Shown piece after piece: positions 33,081-44,500 of a stretch of 64,000 bases of DNA. The notes below the pieces were generated by a model. That model searched no databases. It saw only the letters and a list, made by a program, of their open reading frames with translations, and was not told where the DNA came from. The translations under genes and the position numbers were made by a program. Position 1 is the stretch's first letter, and each line of letters opens with the position of its first letter. The stretch is from an uncultured Acidobacteriota bacterium (GTDB lineage Bacteria; Acidobacteriota; Blastocatellia; RBC074), in assembly GCA_963796275.1 (NCBI GenBank), contig CAWCKY010000003.1, positions 608,001 to 672,000 of the forward strand, read 5' to 3'.

Positions 33081-34145
33081 ATGAAGACTAGACGTGAATT
33101 TCTCGCATCCGTTTCGGCGATAGCCGCGGCAGAGTTGTTAAATTCGGGAAGCCAGCCCGCTCCCAAAACTTATGGCATCGCATATACATCGTTTCCGATT
33201 CGCATTCGCCAGGCGCGCGCGGGCGCTGGTAACCAGCCCCATCCGCTGCCAGCCGAGAAATTTATCGACCTCTGTCATTCGTTCGGCGGCAACGGTTGCC
33301 AGATGGATTTCTCGCAACTCACTTCGACGGAACCTGATTATCTCAAACGCATCAGGTCACAGCTCGAGGCCAAAGAGATGTTCCTGGAATTGGCCGTCAG
33401 CGCAAGAGCACTGGAGAGCGGGGAAATGTTCGGGCGGATTGCCTCGGCGGCACAGCAATTGGGCGTCTCGCGTCTGCGGATGGCGTGCCTGAGCGGGCGG
33501 CGATACGAAAATTTCAATGATATGGCGAAGTGGCAGGAGTTCGCCGATAAATGGAAGAATACGTTCAAACAGGCCGAACCCCTGCTCAGACAGCATAAAC
33601 TTCTGGTCGGAGTCGAGAATCACAAAGACTGGCTGGCGGACGAATTCGTTGAGATTCTCAAGAGCGTGAGCAGTCCATATCTCGGCACGTGCGTGGATTT
33701 CGGCAACAATCTCGCCTTCCTCGAAGACTCTATCGAGGTTGCCCGGAAACTCGCACCGTACGTCGTGACGACGCATCTGAAAGATATGGCGGTCAAACCT
33801 TACGCCGACGGCTTTGAGTTGTCGGAAGTTGCATTGGGTGATGGAATCACTCCAATGGCGGAGATCGTCAATATATTGCGAAAACAACGTCCGGATGTAA
33901 ATTTCTGTCTGGAAATGATCACACGAGACCCGTTGAAGGTGCCGTATAAGACGGATCATTACTGGATTACGCACCAGCGGCGCGATGAGGAACGGATCAA
34001 GAAGTTTGAGACAACCATCCTAAAACGGGCTGCCAAAGAGCCGCTGCCACGCACGAGTGGGATGAGCGCAGACCAGGCGTTGGAATTCGAAAATGAGAAT
34101 ATTCGGCGCAGTGGAGTTTACGCAAAAAAGGTTCTCAAGATTTAG
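33081..34145 (+). CDS. Sugar phosphate isomerase/epimerase (xylose-isomerase-like TIM barrel), Tat signal
   Basis: TRREFL Tat motif; VENHKD, DFGNN and THLKD motifs. Confidence 0.85.
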   Translation: MKTRREFLASVSAIAAAELLNSGSQPAPKTYGIAYTSFPIRIRQARAGAGNQPHPLPAEKFIDLCHSFGGNGCQMDFSQLTSTEPDYLKRIRSQLEAKEMFLELAVSARALESGEMFGRIASAAQQLGVSRLRMACLSGRRYENFNDMAKWQEFADKWKNTFKQAEPLLRQHKLLVGVENHKDWLADEFVEILKSVSSPYLGTCVDFGNNLAFLEDSIEVARKLAPYVVTTHLKDMAVKPYADGFELSEVALGDGITPMAEIVNILRKQRPDVNFCLEMITRDPLKVPYKTDHYWITHQRRDEERIKKFETTILKRAAKEPLPRTSGMSADQALEFENENIRRSGVYAKKVLKI

Positions 34146-34355
34146 TTGTCAGTTGCCAGTTGCCAGTTGCCGGTTGCCGGTTGCCGGTTGTCGGTTGCCA
34201 GTTGCCGGTTGTCGGTTGCCGGTTGTCGGTTGCCGGTTGTCGGTTGCCGGTTGTCGGTTGCCGGTTGCCGGTTGCCGGTTGCCGGTTGCCGGTTGCCGGT
34301 TGCCGGTTGTCAGTTGTCGGTTGCCGGTTGTCGGTTGTCGGTTGTCGGTTGTCGG
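34145..34355. repeat. Heptamer tandem repeat GTTG(C/T)C(G/A), about 30 copies
   Basis: Directly visible; partially complementary copies (ccgacaacc) at 34421..34451. Confidence 0.95.
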
Positions 34356-34467
34356 TACGCAGTTGAAATTTCACGGACTTACTAAGATATCCAGAGTAAA
34401 CTGCGATTTGTGAAAAGCGAACCGACATCCGACAACCGATTACCGACAACCTTCTTAGGAGATTGGG

Positions 34468-35244
34468 ATGCAAAAAAACGTAATGGAACTCTTTCGGTTG
34501 AACGGCCGCCGCGCGCTCATTACCGGCGGCGCGAAGGGGCTCGGCCGTGTAATCGCCCAGGCTTTTGCCGAGGCAGGCGCGGATGTAGCTGTCGCCAGCC
34601 GGACGTTGGCCGATTGTCAAAAAGCTGCGGATGAAATCGCCCGCTCGACGGGGCGTCAAACGGCCGCTTTTGCGGTGAACGTAGCCGTACGCGATGACGT
34701 GCGTAAGTTGAGGGAGGATGTCGAAGCTTCGCTTGGGACAATCGATATTTTGGTGAACAACGCCGGTATCAACATCCGCGGTCCGATTGAAGAGTTATCC
34801 GAGACGGATTTCAATGATGTGTTATCCACCAACCTGACCGCGCCGTTCTTATGTTCTCAGATCTTCGGCCCGCCGATGTGCGAGCGAGGCTGGGGTCGCG
34901 TGATCAATCTCGGCTCGATAATGTCAGTCATCGCCCTCTCTGCGCGGTCGCCTTATGCTTCGTCGAAAGCAGGGGTTCTAGGATTAACGCGCGCGCTCGG
35001 GCTTGAATGGGCTACCAGAGGCGTAACTGTGAACGCGATCTGCCCGGGGCCTTTCGCAACTGATATGAACAAACAATTGCTCAATGACCCGGCGAAATAT
35101 CAAGATTTCGTTTCCCGAATACCTATGGGCCGCTGGGGCGAACTGCACGAGATCAGCGGCGCCGCCGTTTTCCTGGCATCAGACGCTGCATCGTTTATTA
35201 CAGGAAGCGCCTTGTTCGTTGACGGCGGGTGGACGGCTCAATGA
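34468..35244 (+). CDS. SDR oxidoreductase (gluconate 5-dehydrogenase-like)
   Basis: [24 protein letters not shown] and VDGG motifs. Confidence 0.9.
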   Translation: MQKNVMELFRLNGRRALITGGAKGLGRVIAQAFAEAGADVAVASRTLADCQKAADEIARSTGRQTAAFAVNVAVRDDVRKLREDVEASLGTIDILVNNAGINIRGPIEELSETDFNDVLSTNLTAPFLCSQIFGPPMCERGWGRVINLGSIMSVIALSARSPYASSKAGVLGLTRALGLEWATRGVTVNAICPGPFATDMNKQLLNDPAKYQDFVSRIPMGRWGELHEISGAAVFLASDAASFITGSALFVDGGWTAQ

Positions 35245-35822
35245 TCTTCAACACGAAGGGGTTAGAGGAATTATCTGCAGGTTTGAGGGGGGGGCACTTT
35301 GGCGAGCGGGCGCGCATGCTACCGCTTTCGTAGTCATATTCCTGTTCCGGGATTTTCGCTTTGTACTCACCCGATGGCTTTCCGCAGCTCCCGTGGTAAA
35401 CTTGTAAGCGACTGTGCCTTCGTAATGAAACTACTCAGCAAGCCACAGAAAAACAGCCACGCTCTCCCCATACTGAACTAAAGATTCAATCAATATTATT
35501 AGTATTTCCGGCCTTCGAGAATTAAAAGTGCAGTGATGACAATATTTCATCCGAGCGACTCCTTTGACTGCAACAAAATTGTGTTCTACCCACGTTCAAG
35601 CAACAAAACTGTTGTATGCATTTCCAGCGATTTTTCATCTTGATAAAATAGCTTGCTATAAATTAAATTAAGCATCCGTTTGGCCCACATCCAGAGTGAT
35701 CGAGGTTTTTGATGCTAATTGATGTTTTTTGATAAATAATAGCGATTCTCGATTACTTACTTCATACCAATCAAAATGATGCTGCGAAGGTGAAGGAGTG
35801 AGGAACTGCAGCGGAAGGTGTA

Positions 35823-36413
35823 ATGCAGAAGAAGGATTGGGAGTTAAATCAAAGTGCTTTCCATCGGTTGCTCAACTGGTTCGATGAAGGCACTGACTCC
35901 GGCGGTCAAAAGTATTTAGAGATGCGGTATCGACTCACCAAATACTTCGACCGGAAGAACTGCTTGTCGCCTGACGAACTGGCGGATGAAACATTGAACC
36001 GGGTGGCGCGGAGGCTGGTGGAGGAAGGTTCGATCACTGACACGACGCCTGCCAAATATTGTTATACCCTCGCAAAATATGTTTTTCTGGAGCACCTGCG
36101 CGAGCAGGGGCGGGAGAATCTGCGTTTGGGGGGACTGACTGTCTCCAGCAAGTCGATCGATCGCTCGGCGGTTTTAGCGGAGCAAAGAGAAAAGGAGAAG
36201 CGGCTGGATTGTTTGGAGCGCTGCACTCAGAATTTGGATCCGGACATTCGGGAAATGATTTTCCAGTATTACTCCGGTGAACAGCGGGTCAAAATCGAAA
36301 ACCGGCGGTCATTGGCTTCCAGGCTAGGTATCTCGATAAACGCTCTCAGTATACGCGCCTGTCGCGTACGCGAGAAGCTCGAGTCCTGCGTCAAGGATTG
36401 CATAAACCGGTGA
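35823..36413 (+). CDS. ECF-like sigma-70 family factor
   Basis: LADETLNRVARR and LASRLGISINAL; paralog of 11139..11726. Confidence 0.8.
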   Translation: MQKKDWELNQSAFHRLLNWFDEGTDSGGQKYLEMRYRLTKYFDRKNCLSPDELADETLNRVARRLVEEGSITDTTPAKYCYTLAKYVFLEHLREQGRENLRLGGLTVSSKSIDRSAVLAEQREKEKRLDCLERCTQNLDPDIREMIFQYYSGEQRVKIENRRSLASRLGISINALSIRACRVREKLESCVKDCINR

Positions 36414-36476
36414 AATATTTCGCCGAAATCGTCTTGTCAAAGTAGACGAGGATACCCGGAATTCAGGAGGTCTCTA

Positions 36477-37484
36477 TTGGAAAAGCAGACCTACGATGAT
36501 CGATTAATCACTCAATATCTACTTGGCCGCCTGTCGGAAGAAGAGATGGAGAGTCTCGATGCGTTGAGTTTCAATGAGACTGATTTTGCGTACCGTTTAC
36601 AGACTATCGAGGACGACCTGGTCGATGCTTATGTGAAAGGTGAGCTTACCGGTAAGAATTTGGATAGCTTCAATTCGCACTATCTTTCGACGCCGATGAG
36701 AATCGATAAGGTGAAATTCGCTACGGCATTTCAACTTACCATAAACCGATCGGACACAGGCGAGGCGAAACAAGGCGTTCGGGGGCAGGCTACAGTGCGT
36801 TCGAAAATTGGTAATCGGACGTCGTCATTACGATCCATTCAAGCTTTGTACGCGTTTTTGAATCCCCCGGTTTTATGGGGAGGTGGTCTAGCGGCAATGC
36901 TTGTGCTGATTTTGGGCACATGGGTGGTCGTTGATAATTTTCGTTTGCGAAACCGATTGGAGTATCTTCAAGCAGAAATCCCGGCGCTCAACACGAATGA
37001 GCAGGAGTTGCGGGCCCGACTCGAACACCAAACCTCAGCCAATACAGATATTTCAGAAGAGCTTGACCGTACGAGGAGCCAGATCAAAAGACTCGAACAA
37101 CAGCGGGTCAGCTTACCGAAACCTGTGTTATCGCGAGACCCGGCGATCGCTCATTTCGATCTTTACCCTCAGATGCGAGGCATCAACCGCGCCACCACCA
37201 TTTCAATACCGCCTGGGACTGACTTCGTTTCATTTCAGCTTGAACTTGAACCAGGAGAGGTCCATAGTTACCGCGCCGAATTGAAGACGCAATCCGGGAA
37301 TCAAGTAATCTGGAGATCCGGAAAACTCAATTCGAGATCGAGAGGTAATAGCCGTGTGACCAATCTCAGCATACCCGCCAGAATGTTGATGACGCGGTGG
37401 TATATCCTGGAACTATCGAGCATTTCCAGCCGCGCCGCAACTGAAGTTGAGGCCGGGTATCCATTCAAGGTTGAGAAGAAATAG
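36477..37484 (+). CDS. Putative transmembrane anti-sigma factor
   Basis: Follows the sigma gene; N-terminal QYLLGRLSEEE...EDDLVDAYVKGEL helical domain, single TM, coiled coil, C-terminal beta domain. Confidence 0.7.
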   Translation: MEKQTYDDRLITQYLLGRLSEEEMESLDALSFNETDFAYRLQTIEDDLVDAYVKGELTGKNLDSFNSHYLSTPMRIDKVKFATAFQLTINRSDTGEAKQGVRGQATVRSKIGNRTSSLRSIQALYAFLNPPVLWGGGLAAMLVLILGTWVVVDNFRLRNRLEYLQAEIPALNTNEQELRARLEHQTSANTDISEELDRTRSQIKRLEQQRVSLPKPVLSRDPAIAHFDLYPQMRGINRATTISIPPGTDFVSFQLELEPGEVHSYRAELKTQSGNQVIWRSGKLNSRSRGNSRVTNLSIPARMLMTRWYILELSSISSRAATEVEAGYPFKVEKK

Positions 37485-37684
37485 AAGTAGAATTCGAATT
37501 GAACATTCTCGACCGTGTTTCCGAGCGCAAGGTTTGCTGGATGCCTCTCTTATCTATTACCTGTCACATGAATAATTAATTTCTCAACTCCTCATTCTAT
37601 TTGTTTGGAAATATGGAGGCGGTAGAGAATCGGTAACAATTTTCATACCGTGAATCTAATGTTCATGCGATGAGAGGTGCTTTG

Positions 37685-40600
37685 ATGACTTCCCCCCAAA
37701 AAGCATGTTCGAACTACTGCAACTTCGTCAAACTGATCCTTTGTCTGACCATATGGCTGCTGATTTCAACGGCGATCAGTCCGAACACACGAGCGGTCAA
37801 TAATCCTACAAACAACACCGGAGGAAGCCGGCCCGTGCACAGAAAGTCGATCGTGGACCCGAACGGCCCGCGCGAATCGATGATGCTCGAACGCGGCAAA
37901 CCCGTTGAGCGAGAAATAAGCGATGGGCAAATGCACAGCTACGAGATTGCGCTCAGCGGGGATATGTTCATGAGCGTAACACTAAAGCATCGAGGGCGAG
38001 AGCTGCAGGTAAAGCTGCTTGGGCCGACAGGAAAGCAGATCACCGAGGTCGATCCGGAATATGATATTCAGGGCAGGAAGATCATCTCGTATGTAGCACG
38101 AGTTGATGGGAGCCATCAGTTGAATGTGGGACCTGCTCGAAAGGGCGCGCCTGCAGAGCATTATGTGATAGAGCTGGTTGAGTTACGCTCGGCGGATGAG
38201 AAGGACCGTGCATTGCAGGAAGCGCGGAATCTGAGCGCAGAATTTATGCTCCTATACCGCGCGGGCAAATACGATGAGGCGCTTTCATACTCCGAACGCA
38301 TTTTGGAAATGCGTCGGAAGATATTGGGAGAAGAGAGCTATATCATAGCCGTCTCTATCAATCGACTCGCGATTATTCACAGTATTAAGGCCGATTACGC
38401 CAAGGTTGAACCTCTTTACCGGCGCGCTCTGGCGATATTCGAGAAGGTGTTGGAGCCCGAGCACCCCAATTTTGGCGACATCTACAATAATCTGGCTGCT
38501 TTGTACTATACGACGGGTGATTATGAGAGGGCGGAGGTTTTCTATCGGCGCGGTTTGGCGATCAGGGAGAAGGCGTTTGGGCCCGAACACACAGCCGTCG
38601 CTTCGTCGCTCAATAATTTGGCCGGCACATTTTTAGATCGGGGGATGAATGAGCAGGCGGAACCGCTCTATCGCCGAGCAATCGAAATCCGGGAGAGAAT
38701 CGCCGGGCCGGAGGACGTATCGCTTGTGAATCCTCTCAGCAATCTGGCCGACAGTTACACCCTTAGAGGTGTTTACGAAAAGGCGGAGCCGATCTACCAT
38801 CGAGCCCTGCAGATTCTGGAGAAAAAGGTGGGGCCGTATAACCCCCAATATGGTTATCCTCTTGAAGGATTAGCTCGGCTGTACAATTTCAGAGGTAAAT
38901 TCGAAGAGGCAACGGCGTTGTACCTGCGTGCGCTGGAGATCCGGGAGAGAGCGGTTGGGTTACATCACCCCGAAGTTGCTGCATCACTGACAAAAATCGC
39001 GGCTTTATTCGCAGCTCAGGGGGAAATGGGCCGGGCCGTGATGTATCAGGCGCGCGCTAATGAGATCAGCGACCGAAAACTCGCACTCGACCTCGTCATC
39101 GGTTCCGAACGCCAGAAGCTGGCCTACCTTGCGCTCCAATCGAACCAGACCGACCAGACTGTTTCACTGCACTTTCGATATGCTCCACAAGATCCGACTG
39201 CGAGGAATCTGGCGGCCAACGCCGTTCTGCAGCGCAAGGGGCGCGCGCTCGACGCGATGTCCGACAATTTCGCCACGCTGCGCCGGCGCGCCGCTCCTGA
39301 GGATCGGATATTGCTCGACCAGTTGAAAGAAACGATCACGCAACTGGCCAGACTTGTGCTAAATACCCCGCAGAATGTGGAGCTCAAAGATCATCAGAAC
39401 CGTATCGATGCGCTGGAGGAGCGAAAAGAGAAGCTCGAAGCCGATATCAGCAGGAACAGCGGCGAGTTTCTGGCTCAGTCACGCCCGATAACAATCGCTG
39501 CCGTTCAATCGGCTATCCCATCCGATGCGGCGCTCATCGAGTTTGCTTCCTACCGCCCTTTCAATGCCAGGGTTAATGAAAATGCATATGGGACATCCCG
39601 CTATGTCGCCTATATTTTCCAGCGTGAGGGAGACGTTCAAGGGATCGATCTGGGTGAGACCGGAGTGATAGACAGGTCTATCGCTGCGCTCCGCGAAGCG
39701 CTGCGAGACCCGAACCGTAGTGACGTCAAGAATTTGGCTCGCGCGGTCGATGAGACGGTGATGCAGCGTATTCGCCCGCTGCTGGGTGATTGCACACAGT
39801 TGCTGATCTCGCCGGATGGGACGCTAAATCTCGTCCCATTTGCCGTGCTGGCGGATGAACGTGGTCGTTACCTGGTCGAGCGTTACTCTTTCACGTATCT
39901 GACGAGCGGCCGGGATTTGCTCCGTCTGGGGGTAGCCCGGGAAAGCCGGAGTGCGCCACAGGTCATAGCCGATCCGGCCTTCGGCGAACCTCCTCTCAAG
40001 TACCTGGCGGGCGCTGCGATCCCGAAGAGAAGGTCGATTAAAAGTAGGAAGCTTCAAAGTATTACGACCGGAACTGACCTGTCGAACGTATATTTTGCTC
40101 CGCTTCGCGGGACGGCGATGGAAGCGCAGATGATCAAGAGGATATTTTCTGATGCGACAATCCTGACGGGAGAGCAGGCGACGGAAGCCGCGTTGAAGCG
40201 TGTCGCGGCACCTCGGATACTGCACATTGCGACGCATGGGTTCTTTCTTGAGAACCGGCCATTGACGGTAGCGGGCGCCGACATCTCCAAGGCACCTGCG
40301 GATATTCGAGGATTGAACGCAAGTGTGAAGATCGATAACCCGCTGTTGCGATCAGGACTCGCATTGGCGGGCGCAAACGCGCATATGGGTAAGGAAGATG
40401 ACGGCATATTGACCGCTCTGGAAGCTTCGGGAATTGATCTCTGGGGGACCAGGCTGGTCGTTTTGTCGGCCTGTGACACTGGATTGGGCGAGGTGAGGAG
40501 CGGAGACGGGGTGTACGGACTTCGACGCGCACTGGTGCTGGCGGGATCGGAGACTCAGGTCATGAGTCTCTGGCCGGTGAGCGATTACGCAACGCGGGAG

Positions 40601-40765
40601 CTGATGAAGTCATATTACGACGGATTGAAGCGCGGACTTGGTTGCGGAATAGCGCTGCGGCAGATGCAGTTGAAGATGCTGCAGACTCCGGGACGGCAAC
40701 ATCCGTTTTACTGGGCGAGTTTTATCCAGTCGGGCGAATGGGCCAATCTGGATGGAAAGCGGTAA
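37685..40765 (+). CDS. Secreted TPR-CHAT (caspase-like) protease
   Basis: Signal-like N-terminus, PPC-like domain, TPRs; SPDGTLNLVPF, HIATHG, LSACDTG and HPFYWASF motifs. Confidence 0.9.
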   Translation: MTSPQKACSNYCNFVKLILCLTIWLLISTAISPNTRAVNNPTNNTGGSRPVHRKSIVDPNGPRESMMLERGKPVEREISDGQMHSYEIALSGDMFMSVTLKHRGRELQVKLLGPTGKQITEVDPEYDIQGRKIISYVARVDGSHQLNVGPARKGAPAEHYVIELVELRSADEKDRALQEARNLSAEFMLLYRAGKYDEALSYSERILEMRRKILGEESYIIAVSINRLAIIHSIKADYAKVEPLYRRALAIFEKVLEPEHPNFGDIYNNLAALYYTTGDYERAEVFYRRGLAIREKAFGPEHTAVASSLNNLAGTFLDRGMNEQAEPLYRRAIEIRERIAGPEDVSLVNPLSNLADSYTLRGVYEKAEPIYHRALQILEKKVGPYNPQYGYPLEGLARLYNFRGKFEEATALYLRALEIRERAVGLHHPEVAASLTKIAALFAAQGEMGRAVMYQARANEISDRKLALDLVIGSERQKLAYLALQSNQTDQTVSLHFRYAPQDPTARNLAANAVLQRKGRALDAMSDNFATLRRRAAPEDRILLDQLKETITQLARLVLNTPQNVELKDHQNRIDALEERKEKLEADISRNSGEFLAQSRPITIAAVQSAIPSDAALIEFASYRPFNARVNENAYGTSRYVAYIFQREGDVQGIDLGETGVIDRSIAALREALRDPNRSDVKNLARAVDETVMQRIRPLLGDCTQLLISPDGTLNLVPFAVLADERGRYLVERYSFTYLTSGRDLLRLGVARESRSAPQVIADPAFGEPPLKYLAGAAIPKRRSIKSRKLQSITTGTDLSNVYFAPLRGTAMEAQMIKRIFSDATILTGEQATEAALKRVAAPRILHIATHGFFLENRPLTVAGADISKAPADIRGLNASVKIDNPLLRSGLALAGANAHMGKEDDGILTALEASGIDLWGTRLVVLSACDTGLGEVRSGDGVYGLRRALVLAGSETQVMSLWPVSDYATRELMKSYYDGLKRGLGCGIALRQMQLKMLQTPGRQHPFYWASFIQSGEWANLDGKR

Positions 40766-41446
40766 ACAATGGCAAAGATTGGTATGAGTGCATGTCGAAT
40801 TAACGATCCACCGACTGCCGTCGGGGGGATTTAGGAAGATACCTCTATTTCAAAGACCATTGGAGTGTCTTGCAACATCGTTAAGAGTTCTCAGAAGGGC
40901 GTAATAGCGAGAGATTTTTTGCACTCCTACCGGGCTTGATTATTCGCTTACCACTAACCAGGGGCTGCGCATCACACGCTTCAACCCTGGCTGCTATATT
41001 GGCACTCCGTTCCCCGTCGGCGCTTAGCGACCAGATTTTACGAAAGTTAACAGTTTATCGTGGTTCGAATGAGAAATAGCGAGCAATGCTCGCGGTTTAC
41101 TCAGGAGTCACCCTCGATAACGCTCGAGGTACTGAATCACCAGCCGCATCGCAATCACATTTCACCAATGTACCCTGCAGTCCTCAAACCTAACAAATCG
41201 AACCGGTTGCTGAAATATCCTCAGAGGTTCAGATGCGGATGTCTTTGTGAAATTTTCCCATCTGAAATGTTTTTCTAGAATTGTCTTATCTGTATGGGTA
41301 AGGATATGACCCGGAAATTTATCTTGATAGAAGTCGCCCGGAGTTGACATCATCGAAATAACTTTCCAGGTCATGGTGATTCTCTACCGCGGTCACTGCT
41401 TATCCGAGAGTACAAACAACGGTTTATATAAGAATAACTCCCCCGG

Positions 41447-41492
41447 ACCTGGAAGGGCTGTAGCGCGAGGTCAATCTACCGCCCTTCCAGGT
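41447..41492 (-). terminator. Stem-loop downstream of the GH48 gene
   Basis: ACCTGGAAGGGC...GCCCTTCCAGGT perfect 12-bp stem about 60 bp past the stop codon. Confidence 0.55.
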
Positions 41493-41551
41493 GTCTAATG
41501 TTTCAGTAAGATAATTGTGAAGTTAAGCGTCTTCAGCCAAAACTATATTAA

Positions 41552-44500
41552 TTATGGAAATAGCCGCCCATATTCGGCATTAGCCAATGCAACATCAACC
41601 TGAGCCCAGAACCTGTGGTAACGAAACGTGGGGACCGGTCCTCCATTGAGGTAGGCCTCCACCTTCGGCCACTCCGGATCATTCATATACCTGGAGCGGA
41701 TGCTCAGGAAGGTCGACATGCTGTTGATCGGATCGCCTGTCCCCATGACGCCGGAAAAGGTCGAGGGCACGTATATTGGATCGTCGAACCGCTGGTAATC
41801 GCTGCGGGATTCGGTGACGGACACCCCGATATCATCGCGGTACAGCGTCCATATCCGATCCAGTATCTCCTTGGCCATCATCTGAGAACCCGTATGCTGC
41901 GTCGCCCAGCGCCGTGTTCCTGCGCTGTAATAAATGAGCGTTTTGGCGAATGCGCCGGCCAGACCGAGGTCTTGCGTCGTGTCGGCCACTGTGACACGCA
42001 GGTTCGCGTTAAAACTCGCATCGCCCGGCATCCAGTTCTGGGTGGTCGCGTTCCAGTTGAGAGACGGTTGTCCGTTCCAATCGAGAGTTGATGGGAGCTG
42101 AAAACTACCGTCGGCCGTTAGCTGCGTGTTGGTCATCGCCCAATTCACCCATTTATCTAAGATGATCTTTGCATTGGCGTTGCCCGTCACATAATAATAT
42201 TCCGCCACACGTTCCATAGACCAGACCTGAAATCCGAACCAGGTGTTGCTCGGCGGATCGTGATAGACGGGCTGCTCGTCGTAGAACATCCCGTAGAAGG
42301 TCGAGACTCCTGTCGGAGGGGTAGCATAACGTCCGGCCCAACTGTTGGTTGCGCCGCCGGCAATCGCGCCATCTGCCGATTGCAGCCAGCGGTAGAACTC
42401 GATCTGACGGGTCAAACTCGTTCCCCAGTCGCGCGCCGCGTTGGGCGAGCGTGGGATGAGCGATGGTACGCTCGAGAGTGCATATGCAGCCATAGGGTTC
42501 TGGTATCCGAAATGGTTGTAGCTGGAACCGATGCGGAATCCCCAGTTTTGAGATACGTCGACCGGCCCACCCCATCCGTAGTACCACGACAGCAGATAGT
42601 GGGCGGAGTTGTATCCCGTTCCCGCCGCACAAGAGGGGCTCGCGCATCCCATCGTCTTGAAATACTTGTCGAACATTGAGTAGCGCAGGTAATCGCCCAT
42701 TTTCGCGGCTTTAGCCACCAACCCGTCAACTACTGCGCTGCCCCCCTGTTCATCGGCGAAGACTTTAGCCCAGTAGAGGGCTTGTACGAGGCGCGCGTCC
42801 GCATCCGGAGCATTGGTATACCGCCATTGGCGGGTATAGGTGGAATCGATTATGAACAACGGCAGGAATCCGCCCGTCGCCCCTCTACCCCACCCGAAAC
42901 TCTCCCAGGATGGATGCGGGATCGTCTCCCACACCGATTCCTGTGGTCCGCGCTGAAACGTGTTGAGATAGGCCGGCCTGGAACTACCGTCGCCGCGTCT
43001 CCCATAGCCGTACCAGTTATCCACGTCGAGCAGCCAGTGCATGCCGTAGATTTCCGATGTCCCATAGGTCGTGCGCAGTTCAGAGCCGATCGGATCCTGT
43101 CCAACCGAGACGGATGAATTTAGCGGTGTCGGGTAGTCATTCGGCAGATCGAACTCGGGCGCATACTGCGCCGGGATCGCCGGGTTATACGAGCTGGCCG
43201 TGGTCGGCTGATCCTGGCTGGTCGGAATGATGTATGCCTCCATGTTGTCGAACATAAGGCTGAGATAGCTCCAGTCCTGAGTGATGAAGCCGTACATCGT
43301 TTCTAGCCATGCCCAGTAACTGTATGCCTCAGAGGTTGTCTCGTGGCCATAATCTGGCGCCTCGCAGATCAGCGTCTCTTTCGAGTGGTAAGGAACGCCT
43401 TCGGGACTGAAGTATCCGTTTTCAGGATTGTGCAGATCTTCCCACAGATCCAGAAATCGTTGTGTGTAGGCATTGGTGGGCGTCCCGCCTTCATCAGTCG
43501 TGGCCGTCACGGCATTGCTGGGCGCCGAAACGTTCCCGGCGGCATCGAGCGCCTGAACGGTGAAAGTGTAGCTCGTGTTGGGAGTGAGGCCGGCCGCGAG
43601 AAAGATATTGAAAGTGGATGATCCTGCCACGATGGTATCGCGGGATATACGATATCCGGTGACACCGACGTTATCGGTCGAAGCGCCCCATGTCAGGGAT
43701 ACGCTGGTGGTCGTCTTGGATGCGACCGCCAGAGTTGTGGGCGCCGTCGGCGGCTGCGTGTCGATCATCGCCGGATCGGTCGTGACGGTGACCGCATTAC
43801 TTAGGGCTGACATGTTTCCCGCCGCATCCACGGCCCGCGCGGTGTAGGTGTGAGCTGTAGATGGGGTTAGCCCGGTGACCGTGAAGGAGGTCGCGGCGCT
43901 GGTCCCAACCTGTGTAGCGCCTTCGATGATGCGATATCCCGTGACGCCGACGTTATCGGTCGAAGCGCCCCAGGTCAGGGATACGCTGGTGCTCGTCTTG
44001 GATGCGACCGCCAAGGTTGTGGGCGCCGTCGGCGGTTGCGTGTCGGAGGAAGACGGTATGGGTTCGGAGCCCCAGACCAGCGTGCCATTGCGATACAGTG
44101 TGATGCGATCCCAGTCCGCGAAGCTGGTCTTCGTCGCGTCGTACGAGTAATCATTACCTTCTGTGTAATTGCTCCAGTTCTGGCTGTGAAGGCGGGTTTG
44201 AATCTCTCCGCTCTGCTGGCCCGGCGCGATGCTCCCCGCGCCCGCGCCGAAAGCCAGTTCGAGATAAGTGTTGGCGCCGGCCACGGGAGCCGGCAGCGAG
44301 ATGAAGCGTGCATTGATGTTGGAGCAGCCTCTCATCGCCCAGTCGCAGTCGTAGACTTGCGGCATGCTTCCGTCGTTCGTATACCAGTAGCGTATCGTCA
44401 ACTCGCTGAGCGGCACGGCTGCCGCCCCGGTGTTAACGACGTTGAGATGCGCCTTGATCTGGTTGTCGCCGGGCGAATTAGGGTCTGCCAAACGATATTG

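Noticed and set aside
34145-34355. Possible CRISPR array, given the nearby TPR-CHAT genes
   Set aside because: Unit is 7 bp with no spacers; no cas genes or repeat-spacer arrays are seen anywhere in the window
34093-34659. Several ORFs with CRLPVAG/NRQPATG repeats
   Set aside because: Translations of the non-coding heptamer array
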